From assembly GCA_012295275.1 (NCBI GenBank), contig CM022667.1, forward strand, positions 21,328,001 to 21,392,000: a stretch of DNA of 64,000 nt, written 5' to 3'. Under the pieces are notes generated by a model, which was given only the letters and a program-made list of their open reading frames with translations, made no database searches and was not told the origin of the DNA. The position numbers and the translations under genes are program-made. Origin of the DNA: Chrysomallon squamiferum (taxonomy: Eukaryota > Animalia > Mollusca). Below, piece after piece: positions 23,999 to 40,078 of this stretch. Each line of letters starts with the position of its first letter. The first letter of the stretch is position 1.

Positions 23999-25909
23999 TG
24001 GATTACAACAGAATAGTTTGTATGTCTGTGTACATAACGAGTGACTGAGACGTTGAAATGAACACTGAACACGTGTGCATTCTTAGAATATATAATTAAG
24101 TGAGAGACGAAACAAAACAATTGATATATTTCAATATTCTAAACCTATCAAATAAAATTAATTATTTTTCTTCATCTGATGAGAAATTGATTGCTTGATT
24201 TATTGTTGTTGTTGTTGTTGTTGTGTGTGTGATTTACTACATAATACATAAGAATTTAGAAATACAGATTTTTATGGCATCCCATATTATAACAGATTGA
24301 AAAGGAACCAGTTTAATATAAAACAAGGATTTTTCCTTCATGAAACAAAGACAGTTTAACAAAAAGCTTATTTTCTCTTACATCTTACTGGTAAAGATCT
24401 ATGTATGAAGGAAGACATAATTTATTTTGTAGTTTTAGTGTTTAACAGGATCTTTATTGACACATGAAATAATATTGTAAAAAGAATTATACAAAATAAA
24501 ATTTAATTCTGTGTAAAAATTTGATTCACACACATTCATAACAAGGAGAGATGGAGATAAAATATGAATAAAGAGATTTCTTTGATTTGTTGATGTGACT
24601 TATTTATTTGTTTTGTGGTTTTAATGTAAAAACGATGATCAAAAACCATTTTTGCGGGGGACACGCTTATTTATATGTATATGTTATATGTGTGTTGTAT
24701 ATGTGTTGTCTGATAAACTGTCGTTGAATGATATGTATTAAACTAATATACATCAAAAATATTTATATTACATCGCAAATGAATATATTCAAAACAGGTA
24801 TTTATAATATATTGTATTATTACATAGATACAGAACTTTCCAAAATGTGAATTATACGGATACAAGAATCGCTGAGTTCACGTGGAACTCGGAGCGGGCA
24901 GCACCGGTCCGTAATATCCAAAAACTTGGGAATCGCGAAAGTAAAAATTAACAATTTACCGAAACTTTAAACTTTATAACAGTTAAAACAAGTACTACAA
25001 TAATGTAAGAACAATGTACAGCGTGGTTATGGGGGCACTGTAAAATTTACTCTTACTTTTATGGAAAGTGAGTTTGAAAGAGTCTTCAGTTATAGCGTAG
25101 TGGGTCACGGAATAACTTATTAGTACCTGGGTAAGGTTTAAAGTGGAAGATGGTGATAAGTTCAGATTTTTGTGATTATTCTAAAAAGCTGATTTTCAGT
25201 GATGTCGACAGCAAACAGTATTTACATAACTGCTGTCATCAAGGGCCTGCAGATTTAGATGTGATAAAGTCAGTTACAAATAATCATTTGAAAATCTAGA
25301 AATATTTTTTTCTTTATTTCGATTAATTTTCTTTTTAACCTAGATAGATTTTTCTCTAAACAGTGAAATGAATTGTTTGAGTTATGAGCATTTAATTTAA
25401 CTTCATTTCAAATAAATTGAAAATAGAATAAAATAAAATAAATTATAAACGAAGTAAAAATATAAAATTTCTAAGGCAACATACAATTAAAATGAATTAT
25501 ACGTAGATTGCATAAATAAAATTTATTATGAAATGTTTACGAGATCATAACTGTATTTCTTTTTGTTCTTTTCCTTATTTATTTATTTATTTTTAAAATT
25601 TAAAAGTTTATTAATATTTATTTATTTATTTATTTATTATTTTCAGTTTTATTAATTACACATTTTAAACACAGAATTAAATCATAATTTAAATTTAGTT
25701 TTTATATAGTGAGAATACAAATGTCTGAGTTGTACAAAAAAGCTTCGAAGATTAAGTCTCAATTTAGTCAGAGGCTAAAAAAAATAATAAAAAAATAAAA
25801 AATTTCATCTATAATTAGTAAAGAAGAAACATCGGAAGAAAAAAGATTTAAGAGAGAAGGAATATAGGAATGTAGGAATGTAGGAATGCTCAGATGACTG
25901 TATCTTTCA

Positions 25910-27967
25910 AAGCTGACTACCTGCTTGTAGTAAAGCTGTCTATAAACTCAGTACCTGCTTGTTGTAAAGCTGTCTATAAACTGACTACGTGCTTGTTGTA
26001 AAGCTGTCTATAAACTGACTACCTGCTTGTTGTAAAGCTGTCTATAAACTGAGTACCTGCTTGTTGTAAAGCTGTCTATAAACTGACTACCTGCTTGTTG
26101 TAAAGCTGTCTATAAACTGACTACCTGCTTGTTGTAAAGCTGTCTATAAGCTGAGTACCTGCTTGTTGTAAAGCTGTCTATAAACTGACTACCTGCTTGT
26201 TGTAAAGCTGTCTATAAACTGACTACCTGCTTGTTGTAAAGCTGTCTATAAACTGACTACCTCCTTGTTGTAAAGCTGTCTATAAACTGAGTACCTGCTT
26301 GTTGTAAAGCTGTCTATAAACTGACTACCTGCTTGTTGTAAAGCTGTCTATCAACTGGGTACCTGCTTGTTGTAAAGCTGTCTATAAACTGACTACCTCC
26401 TTGTTGTAAAGCTGTCTATAAACTGAGTATCTGCTTGTTGTAAAGCTGTCTATCAACTGGGTACCTGCTTGTTGTAAAGCTGTCTATAAACTGACTACCT
26501 CCTTGTTGTAAAGCTGTCTATAAACTCAGTACCTGCTTGTTGTAAAGTTGTGTATAAATTGACTACGTGCTTGTTGTAAAGCTGTCTATAAACTGACTAC
26601 CTGCTTGTTGTAAAGCTGTGTATAAACTGACTACCTGCTTGTTTTAAAGCTGTCTATAAACTGACTACCTGCTTGTTGTAAAGCTGTCTATAAACTGACT
26701 ACCTCCTTGTTGTAAAGCTGTCTATAAACTGACTACCTGCTTGTTGTAAAGCTGTCTATAAACTGACTACCTGCTTGTTGTAAAGCTGTCTATAAACTGA
26801 CTACCTGCTTGTTGTAAAGCTGTGTATAAACTGACTACTTGCTTGTTGTAAAGCTGTCTATAAACTGACTACCTGCTTGTTGTAAAGCTGTCTATAAACT
26901 GACTACCTGCTTGTTGTAAAGCTGTCTATAAACTGACTACCTGCTTGTTGTAAAGCTGTCTATAAACTGAGTACCTGCTTGTTGTAAAGCTGTCTATAAA
27001 CTGACTACCTCCTTGTTGTAAAGCTGTCTATAAACTGACTACCTCCTTGTTTTAAAGCTGTCTATAAACTGACTACCTGCTTGTCGTAAAGCTGTCTATA
27101 AACTGACTACCTGCTTGTTGTAAAGCTGTCTATAAACTGACTACCTGCTTGTTGTAAAGCTGTCTATAAATTGACTACGTGCTTGTTGTAAAGCTGTCTA
27201 TAAACTGAGTACTTGCTAATAGGTAAAGCTGTCTATAAACTGACTACCTGCTTGTTGTAAAGCTGTCTATAAACTGACTACCTGCTTGTTGTAAAGCTGT
27301 CTATAAACTGACTACCTCCTTGTTGTAAAGCTGTCTATAAACTGACTACCTCCTTGTTGTAAAGCTGTCTATAAACTGACTATGCTTGTTGTAAAGCTGT
27401 CTATAAACTGAGTACCTGCTTGTTGTAAAGCTGTCTATAAACTGACTACCTCCTTGTTGTAAAGCTGTCTATAAACTGACTACCTCCTTGTTGTAAAGCT
27501 GTCTATAAACTGAGTATGTGCTTGTTGTAAAGCTGTCTATAAACTGACTACCTGCTTGTAAAGCTGTCTATAAACTGAGTACCTGCTTGTTGTAAAGCTG
27601 TCTATAAACTGAGTACCTGCTTGTTGTAAAGCTGTCTATAAACTGAGTACCTGCTTGTTGTAAAGCTGTCTATAAACTGAGTACCTGCTTGTTGTAAAGC
27701 TGTCTATAAACTGACTACGTGCTTGTTGTAAAGCTGTCTATAAACTGACTACCTGCTTGTTGTAAAGCTGTCTATAAACTGACTACCTGCTTGTTGTAAA
27801 GCTGTCTATAAACTGACTACCTGCTTGTTGTAAAGCTGTCTATAAACTGACTACCTGCTTGTTGTAAAGCTGTCTATAAACTGAGTACCTGCTTGTTGTA
27901 AAGCTGTCTATAAACTGACTACCTGCTTGTTGTAAAGCTGTCTATAAACTGACTACCTGCTTGTTGT
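25910..27967. repeat. 34-bp minisatellite, about 60 copies
   Basis: Unit ctgactacctgcttgttgtaaagctgtctataaa, head-to-tail with few variants (gac/gag, tgc/tcc) and no spacers. Confidence 0.97.
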
Positions 27968-29952
27968 CAGTAATGTCTGACTATGTTCAAGGATGGTTGG
28001 TGTAGATGTTTGATTGTTTTCGATGCTTTCAAAACTTCTTCCGTCTCTATCTGTGTTCAGTGCCAGTCTCCCATTTTACATTCACAACTTCCCAAAACAA
28101 TATGTATATAATAATATAACTGGAATATTAACCTTTAAAAGATTATTTACACAGCTAGTCGTGTTTTTGTTCCACTTCAGACGGTTTCCTCTGCGGTCTT
28201 ATGAATAAGATTATTGAATTTCTTGACCATCTTATTTGTATCTCTCTTCTTAATATTATTATTATTTTTATAAATATCTAACAGTTTTGAATACAGATCC
28301 CAGTTTTATTTTGTCTAATTCTGACAGCGTTTAACAGTTGATGGTTGAGTTTATCCACTACCTCCCAGCTGACTGAGTGTAGTTTTATCCAGCAAACGTT
28401 AGTAACAGAAGGTGGATCTGGTGGTGGTTATAATCTATAATCGAGAAAGAAATGTAAAATGATCTTCAGAGGTGTTTAATAGTTGCAATTATTGGTCATC
28501 TACTTCTACTGAGAAATATTTTCGACACTTTCTATATATATTTTTCATTTTCAGTATCTTTATTCCGCAGTTACCCCGGACATTATAACCTTACTGTGGG
28601 AAATGGTTAGGTATTTATACAAGGGTTCACAGAAGAGTCAGTGTAAAATGAATTTGTTTCTTTTTTCCCAACAGGAGATACATTTTCTAACCAACAAGGT
28701 GAAGGTCACTGGATTAAAATGTGTCCTGTTAAACCCGATATAAAGAGACTCTGTAAGGACACAGAGTTATTGTGTTTGATTAAATGATCTGTTTACACCC
28801 GCTGTCACTTCTTATTCATCTGACGTGTGGATGTCACTGGCCCAGAAAATGTCCTTTATGCCGCGTAAAACAGAACGCAGTGATACGTCATTAGTTTTCA
28901 CGGATGTAATTACGGGATAGCGGGATAGACAAACAGCCAATGTAACAGAAATTTGTATCCGAAGCACTCAGTAAATATTATTAGGTGGCTCAGGGGTTTT
29001 GTACAGTAACATGTGCCTATTAAGAAAATATCGTATGTATAAATAGTATTAGAAGTCATTCGTAGATTTATAAAATAAAAAAAACACACAAAAAAATATA
29101 CTCACACATACATGTACAAAAATACACAACACAAGTAGAACGTTATATACACGTGCAGAAACCGATAAATAATTAAAACTAACGTTTTTAATTAGATCAA
29201 TTCAAGATTGCCAATTGCTAATTTTAAGCATTCAGTAATTTCTCTTTTTCCTTTCTTTTTGGAGCGGGAGGTGCAAGACGCATGTTCGACAGAAAACTGT
29301 GGAAATTAGAGCAAGTCACAAGTCAACCTAAATTCACAGAAGTTGAAGCAAAAATATTGTTTCAGCAAGTTTATATTGTTTTCCTTGCTGTTTATTCGCT
29401 GCTGTAACAAAGAGTCATGTTATTACATCTACTGTTATAGTGAATTAAGATAAACACAGCAAATAAACATAAATAAGATATATATTCCATCAAGCTAACA
29501 TTCATATGCCTAACAATAAACACACGTATACAAAATTATTCATACGTACATATTCATTAAATTTAATTATGATTAAAAAATCCACAGCACTACACTATGA
29601 AAGACCCATGCCTAAACACACAATAATAAGAGCAGAAAAGAAATAAAATGATTTGGATTTTCTACCGCTACTTCTAAATGAAAAACAATAGGCAGTAAAT
29701 GCACGTGGAGACAGAATTAATTAATTTCCGTATGATTTTTCCGAGAAGTCGTTCAGTTAATGACATTTCCGCTATGATTTCTAAACTGACGTTAGGCGAT
29801 ATTCTTGTTGTAATTAAAATAATTTAATTAGCGCTGTAGGCGGATTCATATACTTTCTAAGAACTCTCAAGACGTCATCACATTTACTGTAAATACTTAT
29901 ATAATGATATTACTAATATAGCATCTGAATAGAAGTCTGTGTAAACGCTCTT

Positions 29953-30083
<131 letters not shown>

Positions 30084-30086
30084 GAA

Positions 30087-30513
30087 AAGATATCAGTGAA
30101 AAGCATTTTTTTTTTTTTTTTTAATACATGTTGCATGTTCCATGGGTGATAATTATTTGTCTCTCTATAAATTTCATTTACATTACTATTTGCAGTTGTT
30201 ATTTTATTTGTTTTCTTATTTTTGCCTATACTTTCACATAAAATCGCAATGTTACTGAAGTTTTCCTTACATTCGGTTACGTTATTACTCTGTGGGAGAA
30301 ATGTATAAAGTTTTATCTTTTCATTAACAAAATACTTAAACAAAATAATTAAACTGAACAGTGTTGAATACTACAGAATTGTGACAGACTCGTGGCAAGG
30401 AGTTCAAGCAGATTTTAATTACGTTTCAGTAGAAAGGTGGATAGATAGGCAGACATAAAGATCTATCTATCTATATATCTATCTATCTATCTATCTATCT
30501 GTCTGTCTGTCTA

Positions 30514-30546
<33 letters not shown>

Positions 30547-31908
30547 CTCTCTCTATATATATATATCTTTATGTCTGCCTATCTATCCACCTTTCTATTA
30601 CTACATCCATATACAAAACAGAGTCTGATAAAAATTATAAGATCTTAGATGATGTATTTTCCTTTGAGAAAATTTATGACAGTCGAGTTAGATTGCCTTT
30701 TTCCTACGTTATTTTCTACATTCTCCATTTGCTCACCAAGACGCCTTTGAAAACGTAATTAAAATCTGCTTGAACTCCTTGTCACGAGTCTGTCACAATT
30801 CTGTAGTATTCAGCACTGTTCAGTCCAAGACTCTGGACTCTTCTAAACTGTAAGAGTTGCCTATGGAAACACTGCCTGTCTCATCTTATTAGATAAACCT
30901 TCTCTATCTAATAATCGTATTAAAATACGCTGAGCTATCATTTCACTGCAAGAAATAAATAAAAAAACAAATTAATTAAAAATATAATAATAATTTTACA
31001 CTTCGCTTTAAGATACCGTTAGGCACGTGCTATGCTTTAAAGATAAACAAGACGCTATGTTTTGATGTTAATGAACATACGTTTCTCTAAGAGTACAACT
31101 ATAGCAAGTTACTCAGATTTACACTCTATCTGATTACCGCTCGTCTGTCTTGGGAATCCTACTAGAGCAAAACCGTGTACAAACTAATACATCATGTCAA
31201 CGTTTTGTAGGAATATTGGAAATCCGCCTAGTAACAAACAGAAAGCTGAGAGGTCAGAGTTTTGAGTTAATCAATAAACATTGCCAAAGTGTATTCTAGA
31301 AAATCATCGTCAGTATCACATCACAGACACAATTACATATTTAACTTAAGTCGACATTAGGTTTCTTAAAGATGAATTTTATGTTGAAGCTTCAGCGATT
31401 GTTAAAGTAGAGATTCGTGTTCATTCGTTGTCAGAAATAATATCTTCTCTCCCGTATATTTTAACCAGATTATCAGCCGTCTCGTTAACAATAAAACAAC
31501 TGACCCTAGTTGTTTAAGAATCTGTTTAAGAATAACTGTATGTACAAAATTAACATTTCAATTGAACTAAAATAAAATAATCATCGGGAAAGCTTATATC
31601 CGTATTAAAATTTTACTGAAAAATATATATAAATGTATTTTTTGTAAATTTAAAATGAATTGCATTGGTTTTGTTTAAGTATTTTGTTAATGAAAAGATA
31701 AAACTTTATACATTTCTCCCACAGCGTAATAACGTAACCGTATGTAAGGAAAACTTCAGCAACTTTGCGATTGTATGTGAAAGTATAGGCAAAAATAAGA
31801 AAACAAATAAAATAACAACTGTAAATTAAATTTATAGAGAGACAAATAATTATCACCCATGGAACATGCAACATGTATTAAAAAAAAAATGCTTTTCTCT
31901 GATATCTT
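30087..31908. repeat. Nested inverted repeats A-B-C ... C'-B'-A'
   Basis: A 30087-30345 pairs with A' 31669-31908; B 30353-30428 with B' 30748-30824; C 30430-30462 with C' 30565-30597. The central loop is (TATC)n. Confidence 0.92.
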
Positions 31909-32063
31909 CCCACCCTTTTTTTTTTTTTTTTTTTTTGTCACTTTGACATGAACAATACATCAGTAATGTAAAATAAATAAAAACATAATTCGCACTGAAT
32001 AAATATTTTAATTAAATTGCATACATTTCTTTTTTAAATTAATATTTGCTTTATGTAAGGATG

Positions 32064-32187
<124 letters not shown>

Positions 32188-32618
32188 CGTAATAATCCAG
32201 GTGACGAAAAACTACTCAACAGAAATTTAATTTAACAAAATACATTTTCAATTGATCTAAGTTATATTATGAGACTAACTCAAATATTTTTATGGGTATC
32301 CATGTCTGATATTTTTGTTTTACATTTGTACACATTTTATCATTGTCGTCAAAAACGGTTACTTGAAACAGTTCATTCATTCATTCATTCATTCACTGAA
32401 ATTACACTGTAAACAAACTATTTCAGCAATGTTTTGGAAATTCGTGGAATGTTCTGACATTTGTTTCTCATTAGTGTTAATTTATTAACTCTTTCTCAGA
32501 CAAATGTGGACATGATTTCAAGGCGGTTCTCATTTACCCGACAGCGCATAGCGATTTCTACTTCTTTAATTAAACCTCATCAGAGACACACATAATTGGC
32601 ATTGAATAAATATTTTAA

Positions 32619-32700
<82 letters not shown>

Positions 32701-35044
32701 AAGCTACAAACGCATATAATCTGTATGTGTATGTATGAAGATGTGTATGTTTGTGTTTGTTAATGTATGTATGTATTTATGTGTGTGTGTGTGTATATAT
32801 ATATAGATATATGCATGTCTGTATCTATCTTTTCTAACTATCTGTGACATATAACATATAGTACAATGTAGTGTTTATCCACAACAGAATTCACAATGAG
32901 ATCAGTCCATCTGGTCAGTACATATTGTCCAGGAAGCGTTATTAGCTGCATTTACTGTTTCTGTTCATCAACTAGCCTCGGGTTTACCAATGTTTGAATA
33001 TGAAAATGTCACATAGCTAGTTTCCAGTGTTCAATTTTACAGTGCTTTACATATACAAACAGGCACAGCTATTCCAGTATTGTCTTTACAAAGATTTCTG
33101 AAAAAACACAACCATGTGTGTATGTGTGTGTGCGATTTTCATAAATGGTCCGTTAACTTAAAATAGGACATATATTAGATATATCAAGACACTAATACTG
33201 TGTTTGTCTATCAGTCGTCTATATTTTTTATATACTAGATCATATCGTATCTTTATACGTCATAAAATATCTAAATAATAATATCGGATTTTATGTTAGT
33301 ATTTTATATTTCTGTATTATACTGTTTTGCAATTCACTGCATTACTTAAAAGTATTTTATTTGCTTATCTTTTAAAATAAATAAATAAATTAATAAACAA
33401 ATAAAGGAAGAAAGAAAGAGAGAATGAAACAAACAAACAAACAATTAATAGTTCTGTATCTTCATGACTTGATTTTATTGTGATTCTAATCTTATCATTG
33501 AATTTAAAATTTCCTTCAGGCTTCTTTTCTTTTTGGAAATTTAATTTATTTTTGGTGGTTTATTTTATTTTATTTTATTTTATTTTTTATATTATTTTTT
33601 TTAAAAGCTACCTTGAAATAAATATATGTAGATAGAACATGACAAAAGCTGAGTTATTGTGAAGATATGAATTTATTATTCATTGAGGACAGATGAAGAG
33701 TTAAATATAAAACAGATTAATTCATCATTTGCGACAAATACAAGGGGAAAACTGCAGCACAAATAAATAAATAAATGAGACAAGAAAAAGTAACAAACAG
33801 ATAAACAAATAAATGACACTGATGAAGACGGTAATGAATAATAATGATTATGATTTTTATAATAATAATAATAAATAAATACATTTTAATGATTTTAATA
33901 ACATGATAATGATAATTATTAAAGATTTAATCTGATTACAAACACTAATGTACTTTAAACTAAGCTTGAGGACTAAATGACTGATAAACAGTAAAGTAAA
34001 TGAGAAAACGAATACAAATCAGCTAATAGCAAAATAATTTCCTTTTTTCAGTTATTCATCCACAGCAGCAATATAAAATTATAGCAATATAAAGATTTAT
34101 AAATGGACAGTTTCATATATTATTTACAAATAGCCAATAACATTCACATTTATAGCAATGCAATAAGCCATATATTTTTATTATCTGATGCCAATCTCTG
34201 TTTTGTAGTAGATAAATCCCAGAGACATTCTGAGAAGTAATTAATTCCGTGTGTGAAGTTTCTTTCACGATGACTGATAACGGACAGCTTTATATACAGA
34301 TTACACATCTACGTGAAAGGGACACTCAGCTCAACGTTAATAAACAAATGACAACTAATATATTTCCACAAAGGCGTTTTATAAAAGCAAATGAATCCCT
34401 GGATAGCTGCATACATTATTATCAATGGTATTTTTGTTGATGATGTTACAGCAGAACCTCGCTGACAGTATTTCACAAAGGAGAGATGTAGTTTAGATAG
34501 GTCACCAGATTAATCCTGCTTACAACTAGGTTATCAGTAGTCGAGATGTACGCCTACTTGTCAGCAGATACATCTATAAAAACATACTTTACTGCTAATA
34601 GCAGTCCAACACCTCCTCTCTCTTTATCTCTTTAGTTCGATCCATGGGTTTATCTTATCGTCTGGAGACAAGAGATGTTTTACATAAACCTACAGCCAGA
34701 AAATACTCAACAATTATACATCACGCTGAGAAATAGACAAAGGAGCAGAGCCGAGGATTCATGTCGTCTTCATTAAAACCAATCCGTTTATCTCATCAGT
34801 CATTTCATCCTCGTAATACATTAGTGTGAAATGTTATTTAATAGTTGAAACAACTTGACAAAAAGGCCTGAAACAAGTGAAAACACAGAAATCTAATTAT
34901 TTAATTACCTGCTAATGGCAAATTCTGAACTCACCAACGAAAAACGTCCATTTATTTTATTCAGTGTGTTGATATTTAATTAACAGACTGAATACTGAGT
35001 TTAGAATGTATCAGTCAAACAGCTATTCAGTTTTTCATTTTTTT

Positions 35045-35129
<85 letters not shown>

Positions 35130-36196
35130 AACATAAGTACAGAGAATCCAACCCATCTACCCACCCTATACGTACCCAGACACCGCCCACCCCGCACATA
35201 TATACACCACATATTCACACACATACGAAATAAACGTGCACACATAATTTTATTAATTATTTAACAGTAACTGGTTCAGCGGTTTCTAAATAAATTATTT
35301 TATTCAAATGTAGTTATAATTAAGCCTACTTATGACATTTTTGTTTTTATATTGATAAGGAATTAATTTCACTGTCTGTAAATAATACACTTCACTCAGG
35401 AATATACTCGGACCTTCAAATCACAGATGTCGACGTTATATAAAAACGGGTTTACCTCTAAAGATAAGCAGAAAATACTTTACAATGTTGTCTCATAATA
35501 AGCGCGATATTATTACATAGCCAACGAATAGAGTTTAATAGCTACCATTAACTAGGCCATTAAGTAATCGTATTTCTAGAAAGGTGGCTATTAAAGTGAT
35601 GTTTCCGTTCCTAGACCAAAAAATTAATATAAAACTCTCTAGAGATATCTTTAAATTGATTCATTAAATACAAAAAATAAATATTTTAACAGCAAAAACA
35701 ATTAAAAACAATAATAATAATAACATCTTTTAATAATAATAACAAAAATATGAAATGAAGAAAACATTTAAAAAAATAAAGAAATAAAAAGACAAACGTC
35801 TATAATGAAATAAAAATAAAAATGAATGAAATAAAATAAAAAATAAAAATAAAAATAAATAAAAAATAAAAAATTGCAGAAAAAACCCACATTTTTTGGT
35901 ACCAAACTGCTACACATCTGTATATTACAACAGAAATGTTCTGATTTGTTTGAAGAGAAGCCAGGAGCGAACCAGCGTCACTGATTGGCTGGTAGAAATC
36001 GATGAGTCGCAGTGTACGAAGGAACTTCAAAGACTGACTACAAACTAATCAACTCCTGTTTCCTGCTTTATAAACAGATTCTTGCTCCGTTTTCCTATTT
36101 GCTTCCACTAGTGATGATGTATTGACAATAAGCTACTGTTTGAGGAAGAAAGCAAATGAAACAGCTGAACTAAGTGCTATCAAAAATTTGTCCACA

Positions 36197-36252
36197 ATGG
36201 AGACATCTGATTATCCGACGGTTAATTCAGCCATTAACAACTTTATTGAAAG
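36197..36252 (+). CDS. Probable upstream coding exon of the GPCR (METSDYPTVNSAINNFIE...)
   Basis: ATG in good context (acaATGg) and strong donor AG|gtatgt in phase 2. This matches the phase-2 acceptor at 56415/56416 and gives an uninterrupted N-terminus. The frame stays open upstream to 36074. Confidence 0.55.
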
Positions 36253-36387
36253 GTATGTGTTTATTGACATCTTTCCTCTGATTATATAAAATAAGTATAC
36301 CTGTGTATTTCTGTATACCACTGCATGTCCGAGTCTCTGTCTGCATGTCTCATATCTGCTTACCTATAACTATCCATTTATTTGCAA

Positions 36388-36474
<87 letters not shown>

Positions 36475-36479
36475 GCAAT

Positions 36480-37230
36480 GTTAGTGCATCAGTCTATGTC
36501 TCTATGTTAGTGTGCATCAATCTATGTCTCTATTCAGTTTGGTTGTGTTTTTGTCTCTATGTTAGTGATCAGTCTATGTCTCTATTCAGTTTGGTTGTGT
36601 TTTTGTCTCTATGTTAGTGATCAGTCTATGTCTCTATGTCTGTATGGTTGTGTTTTTGTCTCTATGTTAGTGTGCATCAGTGTATGTCTCTATGTCTGTA
36701 TGGTTGTGTTTTTGTCTCTATGTTAGTGATCAGTGTATGTCTCTATGTCTGTATGGTTGTGTTTTTGTCTCTTTGTTAGTGTGCATCAGTCTTTGTCTCT
36801 ATGTCTGTATGGTTGTGTTTTTGTCTCCATGTTAGTGATCAGTCTTTGTGTCTATGTATGTATGGTTGTGTTTTTGTCTCCATGTTAGTGATCAGTCTAT
36901 GTCTCTATGTCTGTATGGTTAAGTTTCTGTCTCTTTGTTAGTGTGCATCAGTGTATATCTCTATGTCTGTATGGTTGTGTTTTTGTCTCTTTGTTAGTGC
37001 ATCAGTCTTTGTCTCTATGCCAGTATGGTTGTGTTTTTGTCTCTATGTTAATGATCAGTCTATGTGTCTATGTCTGTATGGTTGTGTTTTTGTCTCTTTG
37101 TTAGTGTGCATCATTGTATGTCTCTATGTTAGTGATCAGTCTATGTGTCTATGTCTGTATGGTTGTGTTTTTGTCTCTGTGTCTATGTCTGTATGGTTGT
37201 GTGTTTTGTCTCTATGTCTCTATGTCTCTA
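36480..37230. repeat. About 53-bp degenerate minisatellite
   Basis: Unit approx ggttgtgtttttgtctctatgttagtgatcagtctatgtctctatgtctgtat, about 13 copies with 4-bp gtgc indels. Confidence 0.9.
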
Positions 37231-38085
37231 TCTACATTGCAGTGTCGGTGTGACTGTCTCTCTCATTCCCTCTGTATGTGTCAGTGTGAAATTTTACTGA
37301 AAAATCACATTAATCAAAGATATAAAAATAGAATTTTGACATTTACAAGAATCTTAATGAATGAATGATTTATAATGCAACAAAAGTAAGCAGTCGCATA
37401 TCAATAATTAAGAGACTGACATGAAGTGAAATACAGATAAATGAGCACTGAACTGGTCTATTTTAAGATCAACGACGAATTATTCTCGTGTTGCTTTGTT
37501 TATTATCTTTAATCTCTGCTCATTTCCGCATCACTGATAAACAACGGTGTAGTGTGTTTCTAACTGTTGTTGTGCAAAATTTGTGATCACAGAATAAAAG
37601 GATATTTGTTAAGTACTGTGTATGAGAGGGATACAGAAACACAAACAAAATGTCAAACCGACTCTTTAACGCAGTTAATACATGCCTCACTTGTCTTTAC
37701 TAGATAGGAAGAACTTAACATTTTTATACCTTTCTTAAGATGTGCTGTTGGAAAATCAAGATAGTTAATAAGCAAAAACAAAATAATGTTGATTTAAAAA
37801 AACAAAACATAAATACTATATAAATGGTCAAATTATATTATCGTTTGACCTTCAAAACAAAAATTTCGAAGAAAATAAATTTAATAAAATGTAGTATCAG
37901 TGTGTAGACTGAGTTTCCTTTCATTACGCATCTGAAGATAATATATATATATGTATGTATATTTATTTATTTATATATGTATGTATATTTATTTATATAT
38001 ATATGTTGACGCGACCTTTCATCAGTATCAGATTCTTACTTTTCAATATTGTCTATTTAATGACGTTGCTATACTAATCATTCGC

Positions 38086-38272
<187 letters not shown>

Positions 38273-38622
38273 GATATGAAGAGTTTAATCAGTGTCTTTG
38301 TGAATCCTATACGGAAGATTAAACTGTTCATATTTCTTTAATAATGATGAAAGGTCGCTTTAACACTAATTACAAACAGTTCCTTACAAAAGAAAAAGAA
38401 CTCAACAAAAATACACGAAATAAAATTAGACCAGTCCATATAAAAATATCTAAATATATTCGCTGAGTAAACATTACAAATAATTACAGTATTTTTTTTC
38501 TTGCTGTTGTTTTCAGATTTAAAAAAAAAAAAAAAATTGTTTTCGTTTGGTTGGCTGTTTATGTTTTTAACGAACATTTTATTTCTTTTGAATTATTATT
38601 ATTATTACTGTTGTTGTTGTTG

Positions 38623-38696
<74 letters not shown>

Positions 38697-39293
38697 TAAT
38701 ATACAATAATATCCAGGCCAGATATTAGTTTTATAACAGTATTACTTTAATCTTATTATTTTATTGTTACCAAAGTTTGCTCGTTATTATATAAGCAATG
38801 ATTTCAAATCTACATATTACATAATTTATATGTATTTATTCATATCAGTGACACTACTAAAATATAACTTTTCTTTTTTTATTTATCTATTTATTTTATT
38901 ATTTTTTTTTTACTTCGACTAAATATTAATTTTAAACAGTTTAATCTATTTAAGAAAAACGACGAAAAAAGATTATATTACTTTAGAGTCTTAAATGCAA
39001 AAACAGCGATAATTTGAAATAAGGTAATTTCGGTAAATCAGCATGCATTAAATCATTATTATAGTACCTTTTCTATTTTACAAATGGATTTATCAGTATC
39101 ATTATTTATGAAATCCCACATACAGTATTCTTGGTGAACACTAAAATGTGGTTTGACAACCTTTCTCAACAGTTGATCGATGTACTACAGGACTGCCAAT
39201 CTTTCATTGCTATCTGTTCCAATATCGATGACATCAGACCAATTTAAACGTGTATTTCTGTGACTCTGAGTTAGAATGGGCCAAGGCAGGGAT

Positions 39294-40078
39294 TAGGCTG
39301 AGTATCTGAGTATCTGAGTATCTGAGTATCGTCTGGCGCAGAACAGCTCAGACGAGTGGATGTCGCTGGTTCTTCGCCAGAGAAAAATATTTTTTTGTTT
39401 GTTTATTTTTTTTGCTTATCTTTTGCAACAATTCCGGCTAATATATTCATTTAACTATAAGTTTGGCTTTACACTATTAAATAGGTCATTTTCTGATTTA
39501 TTTCTGATGTATAATATTTTAAGTTTTGCAGATATCAACTATAAATGCTTTCTCTTATCGATGTTAGCAAAACGTAGCCCTCTTTTCATATCCAGTGAGA
39601 AAAACGACAATTTCTAATGGAACAAACAACGTCCACCTGTTTTTCCATGTTTCGGAATTGAACTAAACTTTTTTTAAGAACACAGTTAGCGAGGTCCTGC
39701 TTCCTATCAGTCGTGTGTACTGCACTGAGACGAACTCGCGCGTGCGTCGACTGAAAACTGCCATGTTTTAATCAGCTGATCAGTACTTCACCATTTACGT
39801 CGATTCGAACATGTCCGAAGATTTTCGAGTCGGTGATTTTATGATAAGGGTCTCGTAGCTTAAATGGTTCTTTTTATATTTCCAGCGAACTAGAAAATTG
39901 ACCGATCTAAAGGAATGTAAAACGAAAATTATTGTTAAATTAATATTCTAGCCGTACGGTTGGCAAAGACCATCCCCCACAAAAAAAACCCACAAAAAAC
40001 CCACAAAACAATACAGACCTGTCTCTGGCGGAAAAGCAGCCATATGCACCCAAATGTCCGCCAGTGGATACTGGGCTA
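39294..40078. mobile_element. Non-autonomous DNA element with long imperfect TIRs and TAG...CTA termini
   Basis: Left taggctgagtat...ctggcg...gctggttcttcgccagaga; right end revcomp tagcccagtatccactggcggacatttgggtgcatatggctgcttttccgccagaga. Further inverted similarity around 39431-39460 versus 39930-39958. A related end occurs at 45399. Confidence 0.6.

Noticed and set aside
25910-27967. 34-bp repeats of CRISPR-like length
   Set aside because: Head-to-tail with no unique spacers, no cas genes, and a eukaryotic context.
30565-31908. Left arm of the foldback as a spliced retrocopy of this region
   Set aside because: The skipped segments lack GT-AG boundaries on either strand.
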